Shown piece by piece: positions 10,950 through 20,940 of a stretch of 64,000 nt of DNA; position 1 is the stretch's first letter, and each line of letters opens with the position of its first letter. The stretch is from NCBI GenBank assembly GCA_963825055.1, contig CAWGSK010000008.1:53818-117817 (forward strand), in the 5' to 3' direction. Below the pieces are notes generated by a model, which was given only the letters and a program-made list of their open reading frames with translations, was not told the origin of the DNA and did no database searches. Position numbers and translations under genes: made by a program. Source of the stretch: an uncultured Gemmatimonadales bacterium (GTDB lineage Bacteria; Gemmatimonadota; Gemmatimonadetes; Gemmatimonadales; GWC2-71-9).

Positions 10950-11422
10950 GGTCTGGCGTCTGGTAGTTGCTGCGCGGCGAACTGGCCTGCGCGTTCCCCC
11001 TCTCCATTCATGGAGAGGGGGACAGGGGGTGAGGTCGAGAATGGCGTGTGCGATGAAGCTCCCCTCTCCAGGCATGGAGAGGGGGACAGGGGGTGAGGTC
11101 GCGGCAGGCGGTCAGACGGTCAGGCGGGCAGGCGGTCGGTTTCGGACTTGCAAAGGCGCTCGATCCCGGGTGAGAAGATCCCTCGCTGGATGCTCGGGAT
11201 GACACTCGGGACATTGCGTTCCCCCTCTCCAGACATGGAGAGGGGGACAGGGGGTGAGGTCTGGCGTCTGGTAGCTACTGCGCGGCGAACTAGCCTGTGC
11301 GTTCCCCCTCTCCATACATGGAGAGGGGGACAGGGGGTGAGGTCAGGCCAGGGCGGCCAGGGCGGGAGCTCGAGTGACGTTCCCCCTCTCCAGACATGGA
11401 GAGGGGGACAGGGGGTGAGGTC
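10911..11422 (-). repeat. Right array of 6 REP-like hairpin repeats TTCCCCCTCTCCA(N)CATGGAGAGGGGGACAGGGGGTGAGGTC, inverted relative to the left array
   Basis: Copies at 10911-10953, 10994-11036, 11060-11100, 11219-11261, 11302-11344 and 11380-11422; spacers of 40, 23, 118, 40 and 35 nt. Confidence 0.92.
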
Positions 11423-12972
11423 TATCTTCCTGCCCCCTCCACGATCGTCTTGTAACTCTCCGGATTCCACTTCGGCCGGGCAGCGGCGTTCGCCACGTCC
11501 TGGCCCAGGTAGAACAGCAGCTGCACGATCCGGGATTCCTTCTCCGCGTCGATCTTGTCCGGGCTGTCGCTGACGCGATGGTAGTCCTCGTGCACCCCGT
11601 TGAAGAAGAAGAGGATGGGGATGCCCTTCCGCGCGAAGTTGTAGTGGTCGCTCCGGAAGTAGAATCGCTCCTCGGGCCACTTGTCGTCGATGGCGGTCAT
11701 GTGGAGCTCCGGGTGCTGCGCGTTGACCCGGTTCAGGGTCGCGCCCAGGTCCGAGTGCTCCTTGCCGATGGCGACGATGGTGTCCTTCCAGTTGCGCCCG
11801 ATCATGTCGAGGTTGATGTCGGCCACGATCTGGCCCACCGGCACGGTCGGGTGCTCGCTGAACCATGAGCTGCCCCAGAGCCCCTTCTCCTCGCCGCTCA
11901 CCGTAATGAAGATGAGCGACCGCTTCGGCCGTGCGCCGGGCCGGCTGAAGGCCTCGGCCAACTCGATCACGCCGACCGTACCGGAGGCGTCATCATCTGC
12001 GCCGTTGTTGATGCTGTCCGCCTGGCCGGCAACGCTCCGGATCCCGATGTGATCCATGTGCGCGGAAAAGACGACGTATTCGTTCCGGAGCCTGGGATCG
12101 GTGCCCTCGAGAATGCCGATCGTGTTCGGGGCGGACATCGCCTCCTGCGATTCGCGGATGTCCATCGCGACGGTCACGCCGGGAAGCGACTTCGCGATGC
12201 CGGTGCCCGAGGCACGTACTCCCGCCAGGTCGACCGTGCTCCCAAGGGCGGGGGCCAGGGTGGCGTCATGTACCTCGACTGCCGGGATCTGCGGGCGGCC
12301 GCTCTCCCGGCCAACACGCGAGATGATCGCCGGCGCCGCACTGATCATGTCCTGCCACTCCTTCTGATTCGCGTTCGACGCGGCCACAACGCCGAGCGGC
12401 GTGGCACCGCTCTCCCGCAGGACGGCGAGGGCGCGGTTGTACTGGCCCCGCGCCTGCCGCCCGCCCTCCGAGTAATCCAGCACAACGAGGACCACGTGAC
12501 CTTCGACGTCCTTCGCCCCGACCTGGACCTTCGACAGGTCGCCCGCGAGGAGGAGGATGGGACCCTGGATCCTGCCTTCGGTACCAACGGCTCCCATCAA
12601 CCGGGCATTGCTGCGGAAGGAGAGCCGCGCCGGCTTGGCGCCCTGGATGCTGATGGAGGAGGCCCCGAGATCGATCCGCCGCATCTGCAGCGGATAGCGC
12701 TGGAACCAGGTGCCGCTCTCTCCGCCCGGCTTGAGGCCGAAGCTCTTGAACTGGTCGGCCACGTACTGCGCGGTCAGGTCGAGGCCACGGCTCGGCGTGT
12801 CCCGCCCACCCATGGAATCATCGGCGATGACACGGATGCGACTGTCGATGTCGGCCGCGGTAATGGTGGCCGCCGCCTCGGCCAGCGCGCTGGCTTTGGC
12901 CGGTGTGGGCGCCTGGGCAGCCAGCCCGGTGGAGACAGTGAACAGCAACAGCAGCGATACGCTGGATTTCAT
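11422..12972 (-). CDS. Secreted M28-family metallopeptidase with PA insert
   Basis: Signal peptide; 'SAHMDH', 'NGADDDASG', 'GEEKGL', 'NLDMIG', 'RSDHYNF', 'DYH'. Confidence 0.92.
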   Translation of the reverse strand: MKSSVSLLLLFTVSTGLAAQAPTPAKASALAEAAATITAADIDSRIRVIADDSMGGRDTPSRGLDLTAQYVADQFKSFGLKPGGESGTWFQRYPLQMRRIDLGASSISIQGAKPARLSFRSNARLMGAVGTEGRIQGPILLLAGDLSKVQVGAKDVEGHVVLVVLDYSEGGRQARGQYNRALAVLRESGATPLGVVAASNANQKEWQDMISAAPAIISRVGRESGRPQIPAVEVHDATLAPALGSTVDLAGVRASGTGIAKSLPGVTVAMDIRESQEAMSAPNTIGILEGTDPRLRNEYVVFSAHMDHIGIRSVAGQADSINNGADDDASGTVGVIELAEAFSRPGARPKRSLIFITVSGEEKGLWGSSWFSEHPTVPVGQIVADINLDMIGRNWKDTIVAIGKEHSDLGATLNRVNAQHPELHMTAIDDKWPEERFYFRSDHYNFARKGIPILFFFNGVHEDYHRVSDSPDKIDAEKESRIVQLLFYLGQDVANAAARPKWNPESYKTIVEGAGR

Positions 12973-13050
12973 GAAGCGGCGTCCTGTGGAATGGATGGAT
13001 GACGAAACTGGAGGGCGATACGGCAGGGAAGGGTGGATCGTTTCAAAAGG

Positions 13051-13185
13051 AGTGACTAGTGACTAGTGACTAGTGACTAGTGACTAGTGCTTCAAGGTGA
13101 ATCTCAGCCCGATGCCTGCCGACCGCGCGATGAAACCGTCCCTGAAGCACTACTCACTACTCACTACTCACTACTCACTGCAGTT
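13051..13185. repeat. Inverted heptamer arrays (GTGACTA)n ... (CACTACT)n with inner stem AGTGCTTCA/TGAAGCACT
   Basis: Arms at 13051-13094 and 13143-13185; the right end is CTGCAGTT overlapping the stop of the DUF4384 gene. Confidence 0.85.
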
Positions 13186-14582
13186 CATGGCTTCCTCCGC
13201 CTCAACTGCGGATCGCCGGTTGCCCGTCCGCTGCTCGGTTCCGCTCGCCTGGGCTCCGCCCGCTGGGGTTCGGCCCGTCGTGGCTCGGCCCTCTGGGGCT
13301 CGGCGCGGCGGGGCTCCGCCCTCTGGGGTTCTGCCCGCCGTGGTTCCGCTCGCTGCGGCTCGGCGCGACGCGGCTCAGCACGTTGCGGCTCGGCCCGTCG
13401 AGGCTCGGCCTGACTGGGGTCGGCGCGCTGGGGCTCGGCACGTCTCGGCTCAGCACTCTGCGGCTCCGCCCGCTGGGGCTCGGCGCGTCTCGGTTCGGCA
13501 CTCTGCGGCTCCGCCCGCTGGGGCTCGGCGCGTCTCGGCTCGGCACTCCGGGGCTCCGCCCGCTGGGGTTCGGCCCGGCGCGGCTCGGCCTGTCCAGGCG
13601 CCGCGCGGCGATCCGGCGCGGCCCTGTTGTCTGGCGCCGTGCGCCGGTTACCACCGGCCGCGGCTCCCGGGTTTTCACCCACCCGACGGCGCACGTCGGT
13701 CGGAAGCGGCACGCTGCCCCGTCCGCCGAGGTCCCGGCTGGTGCGTGAGCGGTCACGCTCGGTGATGCGGTCGTCCGCCGGACGGTTCTTCACTCGCGAG
13801 ATGTATGGCGTGTTCTTCCGCTCATAATCCCGGAAGATGTACCGCGGACGGAGCCGGGCAGGCCGGTTCACGACCACGCGGCGGGGGCCCCAGTACCGGT
13901 ATGGGTAGTAGTAGTAATCGTCATAGATGACGATCCGGAACTTCGAGCACGAATACCGGTACGGGTCCCAATAGGGGTAGCTCGCGTACGTGTGGCAGTC
14001 GTAGCACAGGAAGCGCGGATAGTCGTAGTGCTTCTCGACGTAGTACGGGACGATGTCGTAGTCGTACTCGCCCGGCCCCACGATGCGCGAAGCAAAATCG
14101 GTGAGTGCTTCGTAGGGGTCGCCGCGGACCCGGCCGTCGGCGATGAGGCGATAGTCCCAATGGTCGCCCCGGACGAAATCATCGTATCGGAACGGGTCGG
14201 GCGACGTGATGGCGAAGACGTAGCCGACACCGGGGTAGTCGTCGATGCTGAAGGCGCGGTTGTCACGGTCCAGCACCTCGAAGGTGCGGCCGCCCCGGGC
14301 GAAGTTGTCTTCCCAGGGATCGCGGGGGAATACCATGCGGATCCGGCCGTCCGTATCCACCCGCATCACGGTGATGTACCCGTCTTCCTGCGGCTCGACA
14401 TACACCCTGGCACGGTCACCGCGCTGGTAGGCATCCGACTCGCGATCGGTCCAGATGGAAACGCGCGGACGCTCCGCAGAACCCATCCAGGCGGCAATGC
14501 TGGATTCCACCGCCGAGGCGGGGATTGCTGGGGGTGTCGAGGGTCCGGCAAGCAGGGCCAGGCCGAGAATGGGAGCGAACAT
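13185..14582 (-). CDS. Exported DUF4384-domain protein with CxxCH motif, Tyr-rich segment and C-terminal (RAEP[QR])n tail
   Basis: Signal-like 'MFAPILGLALLAG'; 'YQRGDRARVYV...DGYITVMRVDTDGRIRMVFP'; RBS GGAGG; the longer upstream ORF extension is antisense to DUF58. Confidence 0.75.
   Translation of the reverse strand: MFAPILGLALLAGPSTPPAIPASAVESSIAAWMGSAERPRVSIWTDRESDAYQRGDRARVYVEPQEDGYITVMRVDTDGRIRMVFPRDPWEDNFARGGRTFEVLDRDNRAFSIDDYPGVGYVFAITSPDPFRYDDFVRGDHWDYRLIADGRVRGDPYEALTDFASRIVGPGEYDYDIVPYYVEKHYDYPRFLCYDCHTYASYPYWDPYRYSCSKFRIVIYDDYYYYPYRYWGPRRVVVNRPARLRPRYIFRDYERKNTPYISRVKNRPADDRITERDRSRTSRDLGGRGSVPLPTDVRRRVGENPGAAAGGNRRTAPDNRAAPDRRAAPGQAEPRRAEPQRAEPRSAEPRRAEPQRAEPQSAEPRRAEPQRAEPQSAEPRRAEPQRADPSQAEPRRAEPQRAEPRRAEPQRAEPRRAEPQRAEPRRAEPQRAEPRRAEPQRAEPRRAEPSSGRATGDPQLRRRKP
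13232..13591 (-). repeat. Coding 15-bp tandem repeat, about 24 pentapeptide units (RAEPQ/RAEPR/SAEPR)
   Basis: Counted in the translation. Confidence 0.9.
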
Positions 14583-14628
14583 GGGGAATCCTCCGGGGAT
14601 GGCCTTCATTAATCGTGCAGAGAGAGGG

Positions 14629-14673
14629 AGCAGGTGATGTGCCATGCCGGGAGATCTATTTAACATGTTGATA
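14629..14673 (-). promoter_or_regulatory. Putative sigma-54 promoter with IHF site for the DUF4384 gene
   Basis: Minus strand TGGCAC-ATCAC-CTGCT (14644-14629) has correct GG/GC -24/-12 spacing; TATCAACATGTTA (14673-14661) matches the IHF consensus WATCAA-N4-TTR. Confidence 0.65.
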
Positions 14674-14744
14674 CGCAAAGACTTGAGATTGCAAGCCAGG
14701 CCGGTGTCCTCTCTGAAGTGTCCAACGCCGGTGACGGTGACCTT

Positions 14745-14870
14745 GAGGAGGTCAGGAGGACGGAGGCAGGAGTCTGGAGGTCCGGGGCGCGTCGACTTCC
14801 CGACCTCCCTTCCCGGCCTCTCGACCTCTCGACCACTCGACCACTCGACCTCCACCCTTCCCGACCTGAT
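14745..14870. repeat. Octamer-type repeats (CGACCACT/CGACCTCT) with a partial inverted arm
   Basis: Visible tandem units at ~14815-14852. Confidence 0.55.
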
Positions 14871-14885
14871 TAACTTGCCCCCCGC

Positions 14886-15812
14886 ATGAGCGTGACCCCC
14901 ATTTCTGGCTCCCGGCAACGGATCGACCTGCTCGATCCGAAGGACGCCGCACGCCTGGGAGGGCTGGAACTGGTCGCCGAGGGAGTCGTCGAGGGCTTCC
15001 TGACCGGGATACACCGCTCCCCCCGCCGCGGGTTTTCCGTCGAATTCGCCGAACATCGGATGTACCAGCCCGGCGACGAGCTGCGCTACGTCGACTGGAA
15101 GATCCTGGGCCGGAACGACCGGCTCTACGTCAAGCAGTTCGAGGAGGAGACCAACCTCCGCGCCATGCTGGTGCTGGACGCGAGCCGCTCCATGGCCTGG
15201 TCGGGTGATCCGGACCGGCTGCTCACCAAGCTGGAGTACGCCAAGCGGCTGGTCGCGGCGCTTGCCCTCATCCTGATGCGCCAGCGGGACGCGACCGGAC
15301 TCATCACGTTTGACGAGGAAGTGCGGTCGGTCATTCCCGCGCGGGCCCGCCTCTCCCACTGGCGCGTGCTTCTCAAGGCCCTGCACGATCTCGAGCCCGG
15401 CCACGGGACGGCAGCCGAGCCCGCGCTTCGACGAGTCACCGACCGGTTGCGCCGTCGCGGGCTGGTGGTCCTGATCTCGGACCTCCTGCTCGAGCGCGAT
15501 CTCGCCATGCGGGCGCTCCGCTTTCTCAGGCATCGCGGCCACCAGGTGATGGTGTTCCACCTGATGGATCCCGCGGAACTGCACCTGACCGGCCCTGCCG
15601 AGGCCCGGTTCGAGGATCCCGAGTCCAACCGTGCCGTCATCCTCCGTCCTCGTGACTGGGCGGAGCGATATGCCGAGACGGTCGCCGGGGCTGTCGAGTG
15701 GTGGTACCGCTCCTGCCGGAGTAACGGCATTCATTACCACCGGTTCACCACCGACATGCCGTTCGGGCTCGCGCTGCGCCAGGCCCTGACCCGCGCGACA
15801 GGCATCACGTGA
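14886..15812 (+). CDS. DUF58 domain protein (MoxR-associated, vWA-like)
   Basis: 'GIHRSPRRGFSVEFAEHRMYQPGDELRYVDWK', 'VKQFEEE', 'DASRSM'. Confidence 0.92.
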   Translation: MSVTPISGSRQRIDLLDPKDAARLGGLELVAEGVVEGFLTGIHRSPRRGFSVEFAEHRMYQPGDELRYVDWKILGRNDRLYVKQFEEETNLRAMLVLDASRSMAWSGDPDRLLTKLEYAKRLVAALALILMRQRDATGLITFDEEVRSVIPARARLSHWRVLLKALHDLEPGHGTAAEPALRRVTDRLRRRGLVVLISDLLLERDLAMRALRFLRHRGHQVMVFHLMDPAELHLTGPAEARFEDPESNRAVILRPRDWAERYAETVAGAVEWWYRSCRSNGIHYHRFTTDMPFGLALRQALTRATGIT

Positions 15813-17591
15813 TCGGGTTCCTGCATCCCTGGCTGCTGGCCGGCCTGGCCGCCGCCGCCATCCCGATCCTCATTCACCTCATCGCCCGCCGCGAGCCGCC
15901 CACGGTGGTGTTTCCCGCCGTGCGCTACCTGATCGACACCACCCGCGAGCACGAGCGCCGGCTCAAGCTCCGGAACCTGCTGCTGCTCATCGTCAGGACA
16001 CTTCTCATCATCCTGCTCGTCCTGGCCGCGGCCGGCCCGACACTTCCCCTGGGCGGGTCGGCGACCCACGCGCCGGCCGCCATGGTGATGGTGTTCGACA
16101 ACAGCCTGAGCAGCGGCATCGTGATCGGCGGGACCCCGCGGATCGAGGTGCTGCGCGACGCGGCCCGGGAGGTTGCGCGCAACGCGGGCCCGGAGGATGA
16201 CCTCTGGCTCATTCCCGCGGACGGGATACCCCGGAAACTCACCTCCGCCGGCCTTGCTGCGTCGGCGGACAGCCTCGAGCCTGCAGACCGTCGCCTGGAC
16301 CTCGGGGCTGCGCTCCGGACCGCGGCCGGTGTTCTGGCGGCGCAACAGCGGCCGGGCGAGGTCGTCATGTTGACTGATCTCCAGGCCAGCGCGGTGTCGG
16401 CGGCCGATGTGAATGTTCCGGTGCTGGTGGTCCGTCCCGGGGGGGACGTGCCTGGCAACGCCGGGATCGACAGTGTGCGGATCGGGGCCCAGCCCTGGGG
16501 GCCCGACGGTGGTCAGGTGGTGGTCCATGCGACCACGCCGGACCGCGCCGTCCCGGTAACGATGCGGCTCGGCGGCCGCCCGCCCCGACAGGCCCTGGTG
16601 TCCACCGCGACCCCGGCCACGATGACGCTTGCCGGCGCGCAGCCCGGATGGTGGATCCTCCGGGCCGAACTCGATCCGGATGAGCTGCTGGCTGACAACA
16701 CCTGGGTCGAAGCCGTGCGCATCGCGCCTCCGGCGGCCGTAGTCGTGGAGCGGTGAGGACCGGTTCATCGCGACCGCGAGCGAGGTGCTGCTGGCCAACA
16801 ACCGGATCAGCCGGGGGCGAGACATCACCGTCGGCACGCTCGCGCCGGGTGCCTCGGTCGTGCAGCCTCCCACCGACCCTGCCCGGCTTGGCGCGTTGAA
16901 CCGCGCCCTGGCGGCGCGGAACGTGGGCTGGCAGTACGGCGACCTCATCGAGGCCCCGGCGACGGTCGACAGCGGCGGCCCGGCCGGCGGCGAGTCCATA
17001 CGCCGCCGTTACGAACTCCGCCCTGCCGCCAGCGGTCGGACCGGCGTGGTCGCGACCGCTGGCGGCGCACCGTGGGTGGTGCGTGGCGGGGATGTGGTGC
17101 TGCTGGGCAGCAGGCTGGAGCCCGAGTGGACTTCGCTACCGGTCTCAGCGCGCTTCGTGCCCTTCCTTGACGCGCTCGTGAACCGGATCGCGCGCGGGCA
17201 GGTGGCGCAGGTCAACGGCGCGGTGGGTGACCCGGTGCGACTCCCCGACATCGTCAGCGAGGTGCACTCCGGGGATCGCACCTGGCGCGTGGAGGGCGGC
17301 GCTCCGTTTACCCCGCTCGAGACCGGCATCTACTATCTGACCGATGGGGTCGATACGGTTGGGGTGCTGGCCGCCAACCACGATCCCCGGGAAGGCCGGC
17401 TCGAGCCGGCGCGCGACCGCGCGGTACGCTCACTCTGGCGCACGGCTTCCGTGGTGGATCCGGCCGACGCCGGCAGGCGGGTGTTCGCGCTGGGCGCGCG
17501 CGCGGACCTTCGGGGGCCTCTGCTGTGGGCGGCGCTGGTGCTGGGGCTGATCGAGGTCGTCCTGGCCAGTGGCAGGCGGAGGGCGTCATGA
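15809..17591 (+). pseudogene. BatA (aerotolerance N-terminal)/vWA membrane protein split by a +1 frameshift near 16742 (real lesion or assembly error)
   Basis: 'FLHPWLLAGLAAAAIPILIHL', 'DNSLSS' in 15809..16756; the next frame is open from 16743 to 17591 and ends in a TM helix. Confidence 0.7.
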
Positions 17592-20500
17592 GCCTTCGCT
17601 CCGTCCTCGAGGCTTTCGACCGGGCGCCGGTAGCCCGCCAGGTCGCCGGGGCGTTGCCGTCCCAGGGTACCTCCCTCCGCCTGGGAGGGTTGCCCGGTTC
17701 GGCGGGAGCGATGGTGGTCGCGTGGCTTGCCATGCGTTTCCCGCAGCGGCTGTTCGCCGTCATCGCGCCGACACCCGCGGAGGCCGAGCGCTGGCTCAGC
17801 GACCTCCAGTCGCTGAGCGACGAGCCGGTGGCCCTCTATCCGCAGCGGGAAAGCCTGGGCGAGGAAGAGCCACACTACGAGATCGCAGGCGAGCGCGCCG
17901 AGACCCTGGAGGCGTTGCTCACCGGCCGCCTGCGGCTGCTGGTCACCACCGCCCGTGCCACGGCGGAGCGCACCAGGGTGCCGGGGACGCTGCTCGACCT
18001 GCGACTCACCCTGCAACAGGGCTCGCGCCGCCCCCTCTCCGAGGTAGTGACACGCCTCGAGGCGATGGGCTACCACCGGGTGCCGTCGGTAACCGAGGTG
18101 GCCGAGTTCAGCGTGCGCGGCGGTATCGTGGACGTCTACGGCTTCGGCATGGCGGATCCGGCGCGTTGCGAGTGGTGGGGTGACGACCTTCACAGCCTCC
18201 GCTCCTTCGACCTCACCACCCAGCGCTCCGGCGAGGCGCTGGCCGAGGTCACCATATTGCCCCTTGCCACGCCGGCGGCGGAAAGCCAGGGCCGGGGTTC
18301 CGGCCCGGCGGCAGACCCTTCTCGACCTCCTCCCGGCCGACACGATGGTCGTGGAGGAATCACGCGGGCCGGATGACGACGAAGTCGGGCGCGCGTGGGA
18401 TGAGGCGGAGCATCACCTGGAGGTCGCGCGCCGGCTGGGAGAGGACGTGCCGAACCGCGAGGCGCTGTTCCAGCCACCCGCGGAATGGCGCTCCGCGATG
18501 GACCGCTTCGGCCGGCTGCTCATGCAGGAGGGCGCGGGCGACCTCCAGGTCGGGCTCCTGCCGCCGGAGAAGATCGACCGGAACCTGAACCGGCTCCGGA
18601 GCGTGCTGGCCGGCACGCTGCCGACGATGATTCTCTGCGACAACGAGGGCCAGCGCGAGCGGCTGGACGAACTGCTGCACGAGGACGCGCGGGTGCCCGT
18701 CAATGCCGCGCTCATGGTCGGATCGCTGGACGGCGGGTTCGTCATGCCGACGCTCCGGGTACTCACCGACCACGAGATCTTCCGCCGGGCGCGGCGGCTC
18801 CGCCGTCCGCGCCGGTACCGTCAGGCAGCCCCGTCCTCCGCGACCGGCGCACTCACGCCGGGTGACTACGTCGTGCACCTCGACCATGGCATCGGGCTCT
18901 ATCGCGGGATCGACACCATCACCGTCGGTGGGGGCGCGTTCGAGGTGGCGGTGGTCGAGTACGAAGGCGGCGACCGGCTGAACGTGCCGCTCTACCGTCT
19001 GGACCAGCTCGAGCGCTATCGCGCGGCCGGCGAGGACGGGGACCAGCTGCCGCCACGCCTGCACCGCCTCGGCGGCACCACCTGGACGAAGACACGCGAG
19101 AAGGTCCGCGCGGCGATCCGCATGATGGCGAGCGAGCTGCTCGACCTCTACGCCCGCCGGACGGTGTCGGCCGGCTTCGCCTTCCCGCCGGACACGCGCT
19201 GGCAGCGCGAACTGGAGTCCAGCTTCCTCTATGAGGACACGGTGGACCAGGTCAAGGCGACGGTCGAGGTGAAGCAGGACATGGAGCAGCCGAAGCCGAT
19301 GGACCGCCTCCTGGTGGGCGACGTGGGCTACGGCAAGACGGAGATCGCCGTGCGCGCGGCGTTCAAGGCAGTGCAGGGCGGGAAACAGGTGGCGGTGCTG
19401 GTCCCGACCACGATTCTGGCGGAGCAGCACGGCCGGACGTTCGTCGAGCGGCTCGCCGACTACCCCGTGAAGGTGGAGGTGCTGAGCCGATTCCGGACCG
19501 GGAAGGAACAGAAGGAGGCCATCGGGCGGCTGGTGACGGGCCAGACCGATATCGTCATCGGGACCCACCGGCTCCTGTCGAAAGACGTCACCTTCCACGA
19601 CCTGGGGCTGCTCATCGTTGACGAGGAGCACCGGTTCGGGGTGCGACACAAGGAGCGGCTCAAGGCGCTCAAGCTCGCGGTGGACGTGCTGACACTGACC
19701 GCGACACCGATTCCGCGCACGCTCCACCTCTCCCTGGCCGGCCTGCGCGACCTCACCCTGATCGAGACCGCGCCCCGGGACCGTTCGCCCATCATCACGT
19801 TCGTCGAGCCATGGGATGACGGGCTCCTGGAGGAGGCCTTCGCCAGGGAGCTGGACCGGGGCGGGCAGGTCTTCGTGGTGCACAACCGGATCGAGACGAT
19901 CGCGACGATCGCGGAGCGGGTGCGGAAGCTGGCCCCGCGGGCGCGAATCGGCGTGGCGCACGGACAGATGCCGGCCGACGAGCTCGAGCGGGTGATGCGC
20001 GGGTTCGTGTCGGGGGAGGTCGACATCCTCGTCTCCACCATGATCGTGGAATCCGGACTGGACGTACCCAACGCGAACACGATGATCGTGCACGATGCCC
20101 ACCGCTTCGGCCTGGCGCAGCTCTATCAGCTCCGGGGCCGGGTAGGCCGGAGCCACCGCCGCGCCTACTGCTACCTGCTCGTGCCCGACGGCGTGACGCC
20201 CGAGGGAGAGGATCGGCTCAAGGTGCTCGAGCATCATTCCGAACTCGGGGCCGGGTACCGTATCGCCCTCAAGGACCTGGAGTTGCGGGGTGCCGGAAAC
20301 CTCCTGGGGTCGGAGCAGTCGGGGCATGCGCACGCCATCGGGTTCGACCTGTACCTGCGCTGGCTGGAGGAGACCGTCCGGGCGATGCAGGGGAACGGGG
20401 CAGTGGAGAACCCCGCCCCGCCGGACGTGGTTCTGGACCGGCCAGCCCAGCTTCCCGACACCTACGTGCCCGACGATGACGCCAAGCTCGATCTGTACCG

Positions 20501-20882
20501 CCGACTGGCGCGGGCCACGTCATCTGGCGAGATTCATGAGTTGCGCGCGGAGATCCGCGAGCGATTCGGGCCTCTCCCCCCGGAAGCCGAGACCCTCCTC
20601 CACATGACCCGACTGCGGGTCGTCGGTGCGGAACTCGGGCTCCAGCACGTCCTCGTGCGGGGGGACGAGGCTCGCCTGACCTTCCGGCAGGGGGCGGCTC
20701 CCCGGCTGGCCCATCTCACGATGGCCCTGGACGATGTCCAGCTGGCCGCGGAGGTGCGCCGGACGGTGCCGCTGTCGCTCCGGCTTACCCGGCTGGGTGG
20801 CGAGGCCATGCTGCCTGCGCTGGTGCGCGCGCTGTCGGGCGAGGGCGGTCCGGGCGGAGAGAACGAAACACAGGCGGGTTGA
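17588..20882 (+). CDS. mfd: Transcription-repair coupling factor; +1 frameshift near 18285-18300 (likely assembly error)
   Basis: UvrB-like N-terminus 'EFSVRGGIVDVY' in one frame; 'GDYVVHLDHGIG', 'GDVGYGKTE', 'DEEHRFG', 'QLRGRVGR' and TRCF domain in the next frame. Confidence 0.9.
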
Positions 20883-20940
20883 GTGCGGTGGCCGGGAGTG
20901 TCCCGGTGCCGGCGCCCGCGTCCACAGCACAGGAGAAGGC

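Noticed and set aside
10092..11422. Canonical CRISPR array
   Set aside because: No cas genes in the window; spacers vary from 23 to 118 nt and some are duplicated; the two arrays are inverted around a gene. Reported as REP-like instead.
14583..15740. N-terminal 386-aa extension of the 851-aa ORF
   Set aside because: Antisense shadow of DUF58 plus intergenic DNA; RBS, signal peptide and promoter support a start at 14582.
16754..16756. Selenocysteine or stop readthrough at the BatA TGA
   Set aside because: The continuation is in a different frame, so readthrough would not join the parts.
18270..18320. Programmed ribosomal frameshift in mfd
   Set aside because: No recognisable slippery site, and other single-base indels in the window point to sequence error.
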